From positions 15,926 through 79,925 of the forward strand of contig CAVUIE010000006.1 of the NCBI GenBank assembly GCA_963741445.1: a DNA stretch of 64,000 nt, in the 5' to 3' direction. The notes under the pieces were generated by a model. It was given only the letters and a program-made list of their open reading frames with translations. It had not been told where the DNA came from and did not search any database. This document shows, piece by piece, positions 10,425 through 20,846 of this stretch (its first letter is position 1; every line of letters begins with the position of its first letter). The stretch is from an uncultured Chloroflexia bacterium. GTDB taxonomy: Bacteria; Chloroflexota; Limnocylindria; Limnocylindrales; CSP1-4. A program made the position numbers and the translations under genes.

Positions 10425-11411
10425 CTACTCGAACCGTCGCGACCAGGCGTCGACGCCGACGGCCAGCAGCAGGATGACACCGAGCGTGACCTGCTGGTAG
10501 AACGGGTCGAAGCCCGAGCAGGTTGAACCCGTTGCGCGATGAGGGCGACGAACAGGCAGCCGAGCACCGTCCGGCCGATGGTCCCCTCGCCGCCGAGGAT
10601 GCTGGTGCCGCCGACGATGATGCCGGTCAGCACGGTGAACGTCAGGAACTGGCCGCTGCTCGCCTGGGCGCTCAGGACCCGCGACGCGTCGAGGACCCCG
10701 GCCATCGCCGCGGCCGTGCCGCTCAGCGCGAAGGTCGCGACCCGGATGGCGTTGACCCGGACGCCGCCGAGCCGCGCGGCCTGCGTGTTGCCGCCGGTCG
10801 CGTAGACGTAGCGCCCGAACGTCGTCCGGCTCAGCAGGATCATCGCGAGGATCGCGATGGCGATCATCATCCAGGCGCCGCTCGTGATGCCCAGGATCTT
10901 GGTGGCCGCGAACGCCTGGAAGTCGGCCTGGTCGAGGGCGACGACGAGGTTGCCCTTCGTCACGATCGCGGCGATCCCGCTGACGACGAACGTCATCGCC
11001 AGCGTGCCGATGAGCGGGTTGATCCGGAACCGGGTGACGATGATCCCGTTCGCGATCCCGACGGCGAGCCCGACCGCGAGACCGGCCAGGATCCCCGACC
11101 GGCGCGGACACCGCGGTCGCGATCTGGAGCGACGACGGCGGCCGCCAGCCCGTAGATGGCCCCGATCGACAGGTCGATCCCGCCGGCGATCAGGACGAAG
11201 GTCCCGGCGCAGGCGACGATGATGATCCCGGCCTGCTGGTCGAGGATGTTCGTCAGGTTGGCGATCTTGAGGAACGGCGGCGCGATGATCGCGAGGACCG
11301 ACGAACGCGATCAGGAACGGGATCAGGATCCCGGCCCGGCTCGACGATCCGGCCGAGACGCTGCGACAACGGGACGGCCGGCTGGCCGGTCTCGACCGCC
11401 TCCTGCGTCAT
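10425..11411 (-). CDS. Sugar-type (CUT2, RbsC-like) ABC transporter permease; frameshifted
   Basis: [30 protein letters not shown]...[20 protein letters not shown]. Confidence 0.9.
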
Positions 11412-12926
11412 GCCGCGCTCGACGTGGTCGTGCCGAACGCTGCGCCCACGATCGCCTCCTCCGTCATGTCCGGACCCGACAGCTCTGCGACGAGGCGCCC
11501 GGACGCGCATGACGAGCACCCGGTGCGCCAGGCCGAGGATCTCCTCGACCTCGTTGGAGATCAGCAGGATCGCCAGCCCGCTCGCGGCGAGCTTGACCAG
11601 GACCTCGTAGATGTCCCGCTTGGCCCCGACGTCGATGCCGCGGGTCGGCTCGTCGGCGAGCAGCACGCCCGGGCCGATCAGGAGCGACCGGGCGAACAGG
11701 AGCTTCTGCTGGTTGCCGCCCGACAGCGACCCGGCCAGGCGCATCGACGAGGTCGGTGCCGTCCACCTTGTCCAGCGCCGCCCGGACCTCCGTCCGCTCG
11801 GCCCCGCGCCGGACGAAGCCGAGCCGCTGGAACCGGCCGAGGCTGGTCAGGCTGACGTTCTCGCGGATCGACCGGCGGAGGATCAGGCCGTCGTCCTTGC
11901 GCGACTCGGGGATCATCGCGACGCCGGCCTTGATCGACGACGCCGGCTGCCCGCCGACGGGCGCGCCGCGCACGAGGACCTGCGCCGGCCTGAGCGGGCT
12001 CGCCCCGTAGATCGCCCGCGCGAGCTCGGACCGCCCCGCCCCGACCAGCCCGGCCAGGCCGACGATCTCGCCCGCCCGGAGGGTCGAGGGACACGTCGGT
12101 CACGCCCGGAGCCGACAGGCCCTCGATCGCGATGGCGACCGGGGCGTCGGCGCGACGGCGGCTGCTTCGGTGGATAGGCACGACCGACCGGCCGGCCGAG
12201 CATCCCGGTGACCAGGCTCGCCTCGGTCTCGTCGGCGATCGGTCCGGTCCGCACGACGCGCCCGTCGCGCAGGACGGTGACGACGTCGGACAGGTCGAGC
12301 ACCTCGCCGAGGAAGTGCGAGACGAGGATCACCGTGTGGCCCCGCGCGCGCAGACCGCGCACGACCTCGTGCAGCCGCTCGATCTCCTTCGCCGACAGGC
12401 TGGCGGACGGCTCGTCGAGGACGATGAGGTCGGCGTCCCGCGCCAGCGCGCGGAGGATCTCGACCTGCTGCTGCTGGGCGAGCGGCAGTCGACCGACGAT
12501 CGATCCCGCCTTGATGTCGAAGCCGGCGTCGGCGACGAGCCGGTCGAACCGGTCGCGGAGCGTCCCGCGCTCGATGAACCCGGCGCGCCTGGGCTCGGCC
12601 CCGAGGAAGACGTTCTCGGCGGCGGTCAGCCTGGGGACCAGGGCGACCTCCTGGGCGACGAGGGCGATCCCCTGCGTCAGGGCCTCGCGCGGGGAGCGGA
12701 ACGAGACGGTCGTCCCGCGCAGGACCAGGTCGCCCTGGTCCTGCGGGAAGACCCCCGCGATGATCTTGCCGAGCGTGGACTTGCCGGCACCGTTCTCGCC
12801 GACGAAGGCGTGGACGGTGCCGGCGCGGACCGCCACCGAGACCTCGTCGAGGGCCCGGGTCGCCCCGAAGGACTTGCCGAGCCCGCGAACTTCGAGGCGG
12901 GCGGCGTCGCTGGCCTCGGTGGCCAT
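11408..12926 (-). CDS. Sugar-type ABC transporter ATP-binding protein (RbsA-like, two NBDs); frameshifted
   Basis: [43 protein letters not shown]. Confidence 0.92.
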
Positions 12927-12951
12927 CGCGTCAGCCGACGGGATCGGCCCG

Positions 12952-14046
12952 TCAGCCCGGCCACTCCGCGAGCGGCAGGAAGTGGTCGACGTTCGCCTTG
13001 GTGACGACGCCGCCGTCCTGGAGCGTTGCGAGCGGATCCACGCCCGGGGCCGGGGTCCCGGTCCGGATGGCCTGGATGAGCTGCGTCGTGCCCTGGCCGC
13101 CCTCGGTGGCCGGCATCTGCATGACGGTCCCGAAGCGCTCGCCGGAGGCGATGCCCTGGAGGGCGATCGTGCCGCCGCCGTAGCCGACGAGGCGGACCTT
13201 GTCCTTGATGTCCTTGACCGCGGCGACCGCGCCCGTGATGGCCTGGTCGGCGCTGACGATGACCGAGACGTCCGGGTGGGCCGCGACGATGTCCTGCGAC
13301 GCCTTCAGGCCGAGGGCCGTGGTGTAGAAGGACTCGCCGGTGTCGGACACGACCTTGATCTCGGGATGGCTGGCGATCGCGGTGTCGAACGCCTGCTTGA
13401 GGGCCTGGTCGAGGGCCGCGGCCTTGACCGACCAGATGTAGCCGACGTTGCAGGGGTTGGCCTTGAGGTCGGCACAGGCGGCGACCACGAGCTCGCCGAT
13501 CTTGCGGCCGAGCTCGCTCGGGACGAACGCGACGTTCGCGCTCAGGCCCGGGACCTGCGAGTCGGGGGTCGTCATGTCCGACCCGAGCACCTGGTCGATG
13601 TTGCCGACGGCGATGCCGGCGGCGATCGCCTTCTTGACGTCCTCGACCAGCCCGGCGCCGTAGAGCGGCTGGGTGATGATCGCGTCGTACTTGCCGGACG
13701 CGGTCGCGTCCTGGAGCTGCTTCGTCTGGGCGGCCGGGTCGAGGTTCGCGTCGAACACGGTCAGCTTGGCGTTGCCGGCGGCCGCGGCGGCCTGCGCGGC
13801 CGCGAGCATCGGGGCGTCATAGCTGTTCGCCACCGCGAACGAGAGATAGGCGATCTCGAGGGTCTTCGCCGGCGCCGATGCCGACGGGGCGGCGGCGCTG
13901 GGGGCCGCGGCGCTCGCCGCGGTCGTCGGCGCGGCGGCACTGGGGGCCGTCGTGGCCGCCGGGCTGCTACAGGCTGCGAGGATGAGGCTGACTCCGATCA
14001 AGCCCAGCAGGCGTTCCCGCCTGGGCCGGCCGTTTCGTGCGCGCAT
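12952..14046 (-). CDS. Sugar-type ABC transporter substrate-binding lipoprotein
   Basis: Lipobox LAAC, Ala/Pro/Ser linker, periplasmic-binding-protein type I features (VFDANLDPAAQ, LVGYGG); GGAGGA RBS. Confidence 0.88.
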   Translation of the reverse strand: MRARNGRPRRERLLGLIGVSLILAACSSPAATTAPSAAAPTTAASAAAPSAAAPSASAPAKTLEIAYLSFAVANSYDAPMLAAAQAAAAAGNAKLTVFDANLDPAAQTKQLQDATASGKYDAIITQPLYGAGLVEDVKKAIAAGIAVGNIDQVLGSDMTTPDSQVPGLSANVAFVPSELGRKIGELVVAACADLKANPCNVGYIWSVKAAALDQALKQAFDTAIASHPEIKVVSDTGESFYTTALGLKASQDIVAAHPDVSVIVSADQAITGAVAAVKDIKDKVRLVGYGGGTIALQGIASGERFGTVMQMPATEGGQGTTQLIQAIRTGTPAPGVDPLATLQDGGVVTKANVDHFLPLAEWPG

Positions 14047-14087
14047 GTGTCCTCCTCCACCGATCAAGCGCCTCGGCGCTGCGGCGG

Positions 14088-14116
14088 AGTGTGCAGAGCC
14101 GGTAAACAGGTGTCAA
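14088..14116 (-). promoter_or_regulatory. Sigma70-type promoter of the ABC operon with an overlapping operator
   Basis: TTGACA-17 nt-CACACT on the minus strand; TGTGCA-N7-TAAACA box at 14090-14108. Confidence 0.6.
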
Positions 14117-14239
14117 GCCACATTGCAAGATTGTGGAGCGGTGTCGATCATCCGTTCGCTCCCACTGTCCACGGCGACCGCGCGATCGCGCCGTCACCGG
14201 AACGGCACCGGGACCGCGACCGTCCCGTTCCGTCCGGAC

Positions 14240-14276
14240 TTGCGCGGCCGGACCGGCTGTGTAGCATGGATGAACA
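14240..14276 (+). promoter_or_regulatory. Sigma70-type promoter of the enzyme operon with an overlapping operator
   Basis: TTGCGC-16 nt-TAGCAT; TGTGTA-N7-TGAACA box at 14258-14276. Confidence 0.55.
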
Positions 14277-14334
14277 CTTCGGCCCTCCTGCGCGGATCCG
14301 CCGATCCGCCGATCGACCGCACTGGGGTACTGCG

Positions 14335-15576
14335 ATGACCCGATCCTTCGCTTCGCCGGGCTCGATGAACGTCGACTGGGAGGAGCGCTGGAACGTCGAC
14401 CGACTGCGCACCTACCGGCTGGGACGCGCCCGTGCGGCGCTCGCGGCCTCGGAGGTCGGCGCGGTCCTGCTGTTCGACTTCAACAACATCCGCTACGTCA
14501 CCAGCACCCACATCGGCGAGTGGGCGCGCGACAAGATGACGCGCTACGCGCTGCTGACCCGCGGCGGCGATCCCCACGTCTGGGACTTCGGCTCGGCGGC
14601 CAAGCACCATCGGCTCAACTGTCCGTGGATGCGGCCCGAGAACATCCACGCCGGCATGGTCGGGCTGCGCGGCGCCGTGGCCGCGGACGCCGGCCTGTTC
14701 CGGTCGGCCGCGAAGGAGATCGCCCGGATCCTCAAGGACGAGGGCGTCGCGGACATGCCGATCGGCATCGACCTCGCCGAGCCGCCGATGCTGGCGGCCC
14801 TCGCCGACGAGGGCGTCACGGTGCTGGACGCGCCAGCAGGTGATGCTCGACGCCCGCGAGGTCAAGTCGATCGACGAGATCATCCTGCTCAACACCGCGT
14901 GCGCGATGGTCGACGGCGCCTACCAGATGCTGGCCGAGCAGCTGAAGCCCGGGGTCCGCGAGAGCGAGCTGGTGGCCAACGTGACGAAGGCGCTCTTCGA
15001 CATGGGCTCCGAGCACGTCGACAACATCAACGCCGTCTCGGGCGAGCGCTGCAGCCCGCATCCCCACGTCTTCAGCGACCGGCTGATCCGCCCCGGCGAC
15101 CAGGCCTTCTTCGACATCATCCACACGTTCGTCGGCTACAAGACCTGCTACTACCGGACGTTCGTGGTCGGCAAGGCGCACCGACCCGCAGCGCGACGCC
15201 TACAAGCGCGCCCGGGAGTGGATCGACGCCTCGATCGAGCTCATGCGTCCCGGGCGTGACCACCGACCAGGTCGCCAAGGTCTGGCCGAAGGCCCAGGAG
15301 TTCGGCTTCGACAACGAGATGGAGTGCTTCGGGCTCCAGTTCGGCCACAGCGTCGGCCTGTTCCTCCACGAGCGCCCGATCATCAGCCGGCTCAACTCGA
15401 TCGACCACCCGGTCGAGCTCAAGGAGGGGATGGTCATCGCGCTCGAGACCTACTGCCCGGCCAAGGACGGCGTCTCCGCCGCGCGGATCGAGGAGGAGGT
15501 CGTGGTCACGGCCGACGGCCCGGTGGTCATCACGAAGTTCCCGTCGGACGAGCTGTTCGTCGCCAACGCGTACTAG
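14335..15576 (+). CDS. M24B (Xaa-Pro peptidase/creatinase/DddP-like) family enzyme; frameshifted
   Basis: LFDFNNIRY, DAREVKSIDEI, FFD...GYKTCYYRT, GHSVG, ALETY, RIEEEVVV. Confidence 0.88.
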   Translation: MTRSFASPGSMNVDWEERWNVDRLRTYRLGRARAALAASEVGAVLLFDFNNIRYVTSTHIGEWARDKMTRYALLTRGGDPHVWDFGSAAKHHRLNCPWMRPENIHAGMVGLRGAVAADAGLFRSAAKEIARILKDEGVADMPIGIDLAEPPMLAALADEGVTVLDAPAGDARRPRGQVDRRDHPAQHRVRDGRRRLPDAGRAAEARGPRERAGGQRDEGALRHGLRARRQHQRRLGRALQPASPRLQRPADPPRRPGLLRHHPHVRRLQDLLLPDVRGRQGAPTRSATPTSAPGSGSTPRSSSCVPGVTTDQVAKVWPKAQEFGFDNEMECFGLQFGHSVGLFLHERPIISRLNSIDHPVELKEGMVIALETYCPAKDGVSAARIEEEVVVTADGPVVITKFPSDELFVANAY

Positions 15577-15589
15577 GAGACACGAGCCG

Positions 15590-16589
15590 ATGGCGACCAC
15601 CGCGCCCGACATCGAGCGGGCCACCCAGCTGCGGATGTACCGGACGATGCAGGAGTGCCGCCTGTTCGAGGTCCGCGCCCAGGAGCTGTTCTTCGAGGGC
15701 CTCGTGCGCGGCACGACCCACCTCGGCGTCGGGCAGGAGGCCGTGGCGGCCGGGGTCGCGGCCGCGATGCGCGACGACGACTACACGTTCTGCACGTACC
15801 GCGGCCACAACCACACGCTCGCCCGGGGCGTGCCGATGGCGCCGATCTTCGCCGAGCTGTTCGGGCGCGGGACGGGCCTCCTCGGCGGCAAGGGCGGGTC
15901 GATGCACCTGACCAGCGTCGAGCACCACGCGATGGGCTCGTACGCGATCGTCGGCGCGCACCTGCCGATCGCGCTCGGCGCCGCGTGGTCCGCGCAGTAC
16001 CGCAAGTCCGGCCAGGTGGCGGTCTGCTTCTTCGGCGACGGCACCACCAACATCGGCGTCGTTCCACGAGGCGCTCAACATGGCCGCGGTCTGGAAGGCG
16101 CCGGTGGTGTTCGTCTGCGAGAACAACCAGTACATGGAGTACACGGCGATCGGCGACGTGACCGCCGTCCCGCGACCCGCCGCGGACCGGGCGAGCGCCT
16201 ACGGCCTCGAGGCGATCGTCGTCGACGGCAACGACGTCGAGGCGGTCCACCGGGTCGCGCGGACCGCGGTCGACCGGGCGCGCGCCGGCGACGGCCCGTC
16301 GCTCATCGAGGCCATCACCTACCGCCACGGCGGCCACTCGCGGGCCGATCCCGGCAAGTACCGGCCCGACGACGAGGTGGCCGCCTGGAAGGCGCGCGAT
16401 CCCATCCCGGCCTACCGCGCCCAGCTGCTCGCGGACGGCGCCGACGAGGCGGGCCTCGACGCGATCGACGAGGCGGCCCGCGATGCCGTGGCCGCCGCCG
16501 AGGCGATCGCGCGGGAAGCACCGGAGCCCAGCCCGGACGTGCTGGAGACCCAGGTCTGGGCGGACGGAGGCTCGGCGTGGCGGAACTGA
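15590..16589 (+). CDS. ThDP-dependent 2-oxoacid/acetoin dehydrogenase E1 alpha subunit; frameshifted
   Basis: HLGVGQEA, TYRGH, GKGGSMH, FFGDG...ENNQY, TYRHGGHSRAD. Confidence 0.92.
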
Positions 16590-17564
16590 CGTACCGCGCG
16601 GCCTTCGCCGCGGCGATCGCCCAGGAGATGGAGCGCGACCCGAGCGTCGTGCTCATCGGCGAGGACGTCGGCGCGGCCGGCGGCGTGTTCAAGCTGACCG
16701 AGGGCCTCTACGGCCGGTTCGGCGGCGAGCGCGTCCGCGACACGCCGATCAGCGAGCAGGCGATCGTCGGTGCCGCGATGGGCGCGGCGATGACCGGGCT
16801 GCGGCCGGTCGCCGAGCTGATGTTCAGCGACTTCTTCGCGGTCGCCTGGGACATGGTCGCCAACCAGATCGCCAAGACCCGCTACATGACCGACGGCCAG
16901 GTCTCGCTGCCGCTGGTGCTCCATACCGCGAACGGGGCCGGGCCTCCGCTTCGGCGCGCAGCACAGCCAGAGCGTCGAGAACTGGGCGATGGCCATCCCG
17001 GGGCTCAAGGTCGTCGCGCCGTCGACGCCGGCCGACGTGATGGGCCTGATGGCCGCCTCGATCCGCGACCCCGACCCGGTGGTCTTCTGCGCCTCGAAGG
17101 CGCTGCTCGCGACCAAGGGCGAGGTCCCCGACGGCGAGCACGTCGACACGCTCGGGACCGCCCGCGTCGTCCGCGCCGGGAAGGACGCCACGATCGTCGC
17201 GCTCGCGTCGATGGTGCCGAAGTCCGTCGAGGCGGCGGACCGGCTGGCCGCCGAGCACGGCCTCGACATCGAAGTCATCGACCTGCGCTCGCTCGTCCCG
17301 CTCGACACCGCCACGATCCTCGCCTCGGTCAAGAAGACCAGCCGCGTCTTCACGGTCGAGGAGAACCCGCGGCTGTGCGGCTGGGGCGCGGAGGTCGCCT
17401 CGATCATCGCCGACGACGGCTTCTACAGCCTCGACGCGCCGATCGTCCGGATCACCACGCCGCACATCCCGCTGCCCTCGGCGGCGACCCTCGAGGACCT
17501 CGCGGTGCCGTCGGTCGAGCGGATCGCCGAGACCGTCAAGAGGCGCCTGGATGACGCCGCCTGA
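16577..17564 (+). CDS. ThDP-dependent dehydrogenase E1 beta subunit; frameshifted
   Basis: GEDVG, RVRDTPISEQAIVG, GLRPVAE, AQHSQS, IPGLKVVAPS, EVIDLRSLVPLD. Confidence 0.92.
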
Positions 17565-18470
17565 CGGCCGACCGACCGTCGGGTTGCTGGGCACCGGCCG
17601 GATGGGCTCGGCGATGGCGCGGGCGCTGGCCGCGGCCGGGTTCGAGGTCGTCCTCTGGAACCGGACCCCGGGACCGGCGGCCGAGCTCGCGGCGGCGATC
17701 GACGGACGCGCCGTCGCGACGCCGGCCGACGCGGCCCGCGCGGCCGACGATCTGCGTGACGATGCTGGCCGACGGCGCGGCGGTGGACGCGGTCTACGCC
17801 GGCCCGGACGGGCTGCTCGCCGGGGCGCATCCCGGGAGCGTCTTCGCGGATGCCTCGACGGTGGCGCCGGCCACGCTCCGTGCCCACGCCGCGGCGGCGA
17901 GCGCGGCCGGCGCGGGCCTCCTCGACACCCCGGTCTCGGGCAGCGTCGGGCTCGCCGAGAGCGGGAAGCTGACGATCATGGTCGGCGGGCGCGGCCGCGG
18001 ACCTCGAGCGGGCGCGGCCCGTCCTCGAGGCGCTGGCGGCGACCGTCTTCCACCTCGGGCCGCTGGGCACCGGCGCGGCGATGAAGCTCGCCGTCAACAC
18101 CGCTGATCTTCGGGCTCAACCAGGCCGTCGCCGAGGGGCTCAGCCTCGCCGAGGCGGCCGGCATCGACGGCCCGCCGCCTACGACGTCCTGACCGCGAGC
18201 GCCGCCGGCGCGCCGCTCGTCGGCTACAAGCGGGCCGCGTTCCTCGAGCCGGAGACGACCCCGGTCGCGTTCTCGCTCGACCTCGCGGCCAAGGACCTGC
18301 GGCTCATCGCGGCGCTCGCCGAGGCCGTCGGCGTGGACATGCCGCAGGCCGCACGAACCTCGCACGCGATCGAGTCGGCCGCCGCGTAGGGCGGCGGCGA
18401 CCGCGACTTCTCCGCCGTCGCGAGCGCCACGCGGACCACCGCCGTCGGAAGCAGAGGAGGACCGGGCTGA
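17551..18470 (+). CDS. NAD(P)-dependent beta-hydroxyacid dehydrogenase (3-hydroxyisobutyrate dehydrogenase family); frameshifts and an in-frame TAG at 18387
   Basis: GLLGTGRMG, WNRT, DTPVSGS, MKLAVN, KDLRL, GDRDFSAV. Confidence 0.85.
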
Positions 18471-18546
18471 CCGACCACATGGCAGGGGCCGGCCGGCCCG
18501 TCGAGCGAGCACACGCGATCGTCGAAGCAGCACAGAGGAGGCCGCA

Positions 18547-19943
18547 ATGAGCGAACGAACGCTGATCAAGGATGCCATCGTCCTCTCGATCGACCCCGAC
18601 ATCGGGGAGTTGCCGCGCGCGAGCATCCTGATCGAGGACGGCAAGATCGCGGCCGTCGGGCCGAACGTGACGGCCGACGGCGCGAAGGTCATCGACGCGA
18701 CCGGCGACATCGTCATCCCGGGCTTCATCGACACCCACCGCCACACCTGGGAGACGTCGATCCGGACCAGCGCGCCGGACTTCGCGCTGATCACCTACTT
18801 CGGGTCGCATCCTCGACAAGTTCGCCCCGCACTACCGCCCGGACGACGTGCTCGCCGCGAACCGCTGGGGCGCGCTCGAGTCGATCAACGCCGGGATCAC
18901 GACGCTGGTCGACTGGTCGCACATCATGAACACGCCGGACCACGCGGACGCGGCGATCCACGGCCTCCAGGACACGGGCATCCGGTCGGTCTTCGCCTAC
19001 GGGTTCGGGAACACGTCGCTCGTCGACTGGTGGTTCGGGCCGGACTACACGGGCAGCGTCCTGACCTCCGACGGCGCCGAGGCCCGCCGCCTGCGCAAGC
19101 AGTACTTCAGCTCCGACGACCAGCTCGTCACGATGGGCGCTGGCCACGCGCGGCACCGGGTTCTGCAAGCCCGACGTGGTCCGCCACGACTGGGAGCTCG
19201 CCAAGGAGCTCGACCTCAACATCACCGTCCACGTCGCGATGGACCGGTTCGGCTACACGAAGCTCCAGGTCCTCGCGCTGCGCGACATGGACCTGCTCTA
19301 CCCGAACACGACCTACGTCCACGCCTCGCACTTCACCGACGAGGAGTGGGCGCTCGTCCGCGACTCGGGCGGGAACGTGTCGTTCGCCCCGCAGATCGAG
19401 GTCCAGATGGGCCACGGCTGGGCGCCCGCGGTGACCGCGCTCAAGTACGACGTGCCGATCGGCCTGTCGTCCGACGTCGCCACGACCGCCCCGTCCGACC
19501 AGTTCACCCAGATGCGCTCGATCCTCGGCTCGGAGCGCGGTCGCAAGCACCAGGAGGCGTGGGACGCGAACCTCGACGGGCTCGAGGCGTCGCCCGGGCT
19601 CATCACCTCGCGGCAGGTCCTCGAGTGGGCGACGCTCGGCGGCGCGAAGGTCGCCGGCATCGACGACCGGACCGGATCGATCACGCCCGGCAAGCAGGCC
19701 GACCTCGTGATCATCGACACGTCCGCGGTGAACGTGTCGCCGGTCATCGACCCGGTCGGCGCGGTCGTCTGCGCCGCGGACGTCTCGAACGTCCGGACCG
19801 TCCTGGTCGGGGGCAACGTGGTCAAGGACGACTTCCGGCTGAAGGCCACGCTCGACGCGCCGCGGAAGGACGTCGAGGCCAGCCGCGACTACCTGCTCGG
19901 GAAGTTCGGCGATCCCGAGCCGGGCTGGATCATGCCCGCCTGA
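18547..19943 (+). CDS. Amidohydrolase (deaminase/chlorohydrolase-like) family protein; frameshifted
   Basis: PGFIDTHRH, AGITT, VHVA, VHASH, GLSSD, GSITPGKQADL. Confidence 0.9.
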
Positions 19944-19962
19944 CCCTCGCCCCCAGCGTCGA

Positions 19963-19988
19963 GAGAGCCCGGCTTCGGCCGGGCTCTC
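19963..19988. terminator. Hairpin between convergent genes
   Basis: GAGAGCCCGGC-TTCG-GCCGGGCTCTC, 11-bp stem with UUCG loop. Confidence 0.75.
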
Positions 19989-19992
19989 GGCG

Positions 19993-20846
19993 TTACGGGG
20001 CCGGCACGCTCCAGTCGATCCGCATCGACGCCCGGAGGACGCCGCCCGGCTCGAGGATCGCGAGACCGGTCCGGGCCGCCTCGGCCTCGCCGCCGGCGAG
20101 CGCGTTCGGCCAGGCGGTCTGCGGCTCGACGCAGAAGGCATGGGGCGGCGTGTAGACGACGACCGAGTTCACCGGCGCGTCCCAGGAGATCCGCAGCTCG
20201 AGGTCGGGGAACGTCGCGACCGCCGGCGAGCGCGGGTCGACGTAGGCGTGGTCGACGTGCCGGCCGGCGATGGGGTTGCCGGGTCGCAGGTCGGTCATGC
20301 CGCGGACCGGGATGCGCCGCCCGGTCGGGATCATGTCCCGCGTCTGGAGGACCTCGTCGGCGTCCACGCGCAGCCGCGGCCCCGGCGCCTCGCGGCGGAA
20401 CCACGGGTGCCAGCCGAGGGCCGCCGGCATCCGCCGCTCGGCCTCGACCTCGGCCTCGATCTGGACGCCGGTCGGCTCGATCGTGAACCGCTGCCGGGCG
20501 ACGCCGCCGAACGGCCAGCCCGCCGGCCCGAGGTCGCAGGCGAGCTCCGCGACGGCGCCGATCCACCCGGGTCGTCGTCCACGGCACGGTCGAACACCAC
20601 GCCGTGGATCGCGTGCCGGCCCAGCGTCGCGGGCATGACGTAGCGGCGCCCGTCGAAGTCGAAGATGCCGCCGTCGAGGCGGCCGACCCACGGCGCCATG
20701 AGGAAGCTGCCCCATTCGATGGAGCGGTCCGTGGCATCCGGCGGGCCGAGCAGGACCTCGCGGTCGCCGAGGCAGAGCGACGACAGCCGGCCGCCGCGCT
20801 CGAGGTCGATGCCGAGCCGCGCGCGCCCCGCGACGAGCTCGATCAC
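19993..20846 (-). CDS. Aldose 1-epimerase family protein; frameshifted
   Basis: RGGRLSSL, MAPWVGRL, HAIHG, GWHPWF, CVEPQT. Confidence 0.85.

Noticed and set aside
13860-13970. Repetitive Ala/Pro/Ser/Thr-coding tracts (also near 31730-31830)
   Set aside because: Ordinary low-complexity lipoprotein linkers, not DNA repeat elements.
12208-15576. 1122-aa plus-strand ORF and many other long overlapping ORFs (e.g. 24013-26334, 28814-31114, 46300-48708)
   Set aside because: Antisense or off-frame shadows of real genes in high-GC DNA; Arg/Pro/Gly-rich with no family motifs except where they pass through a true gene.
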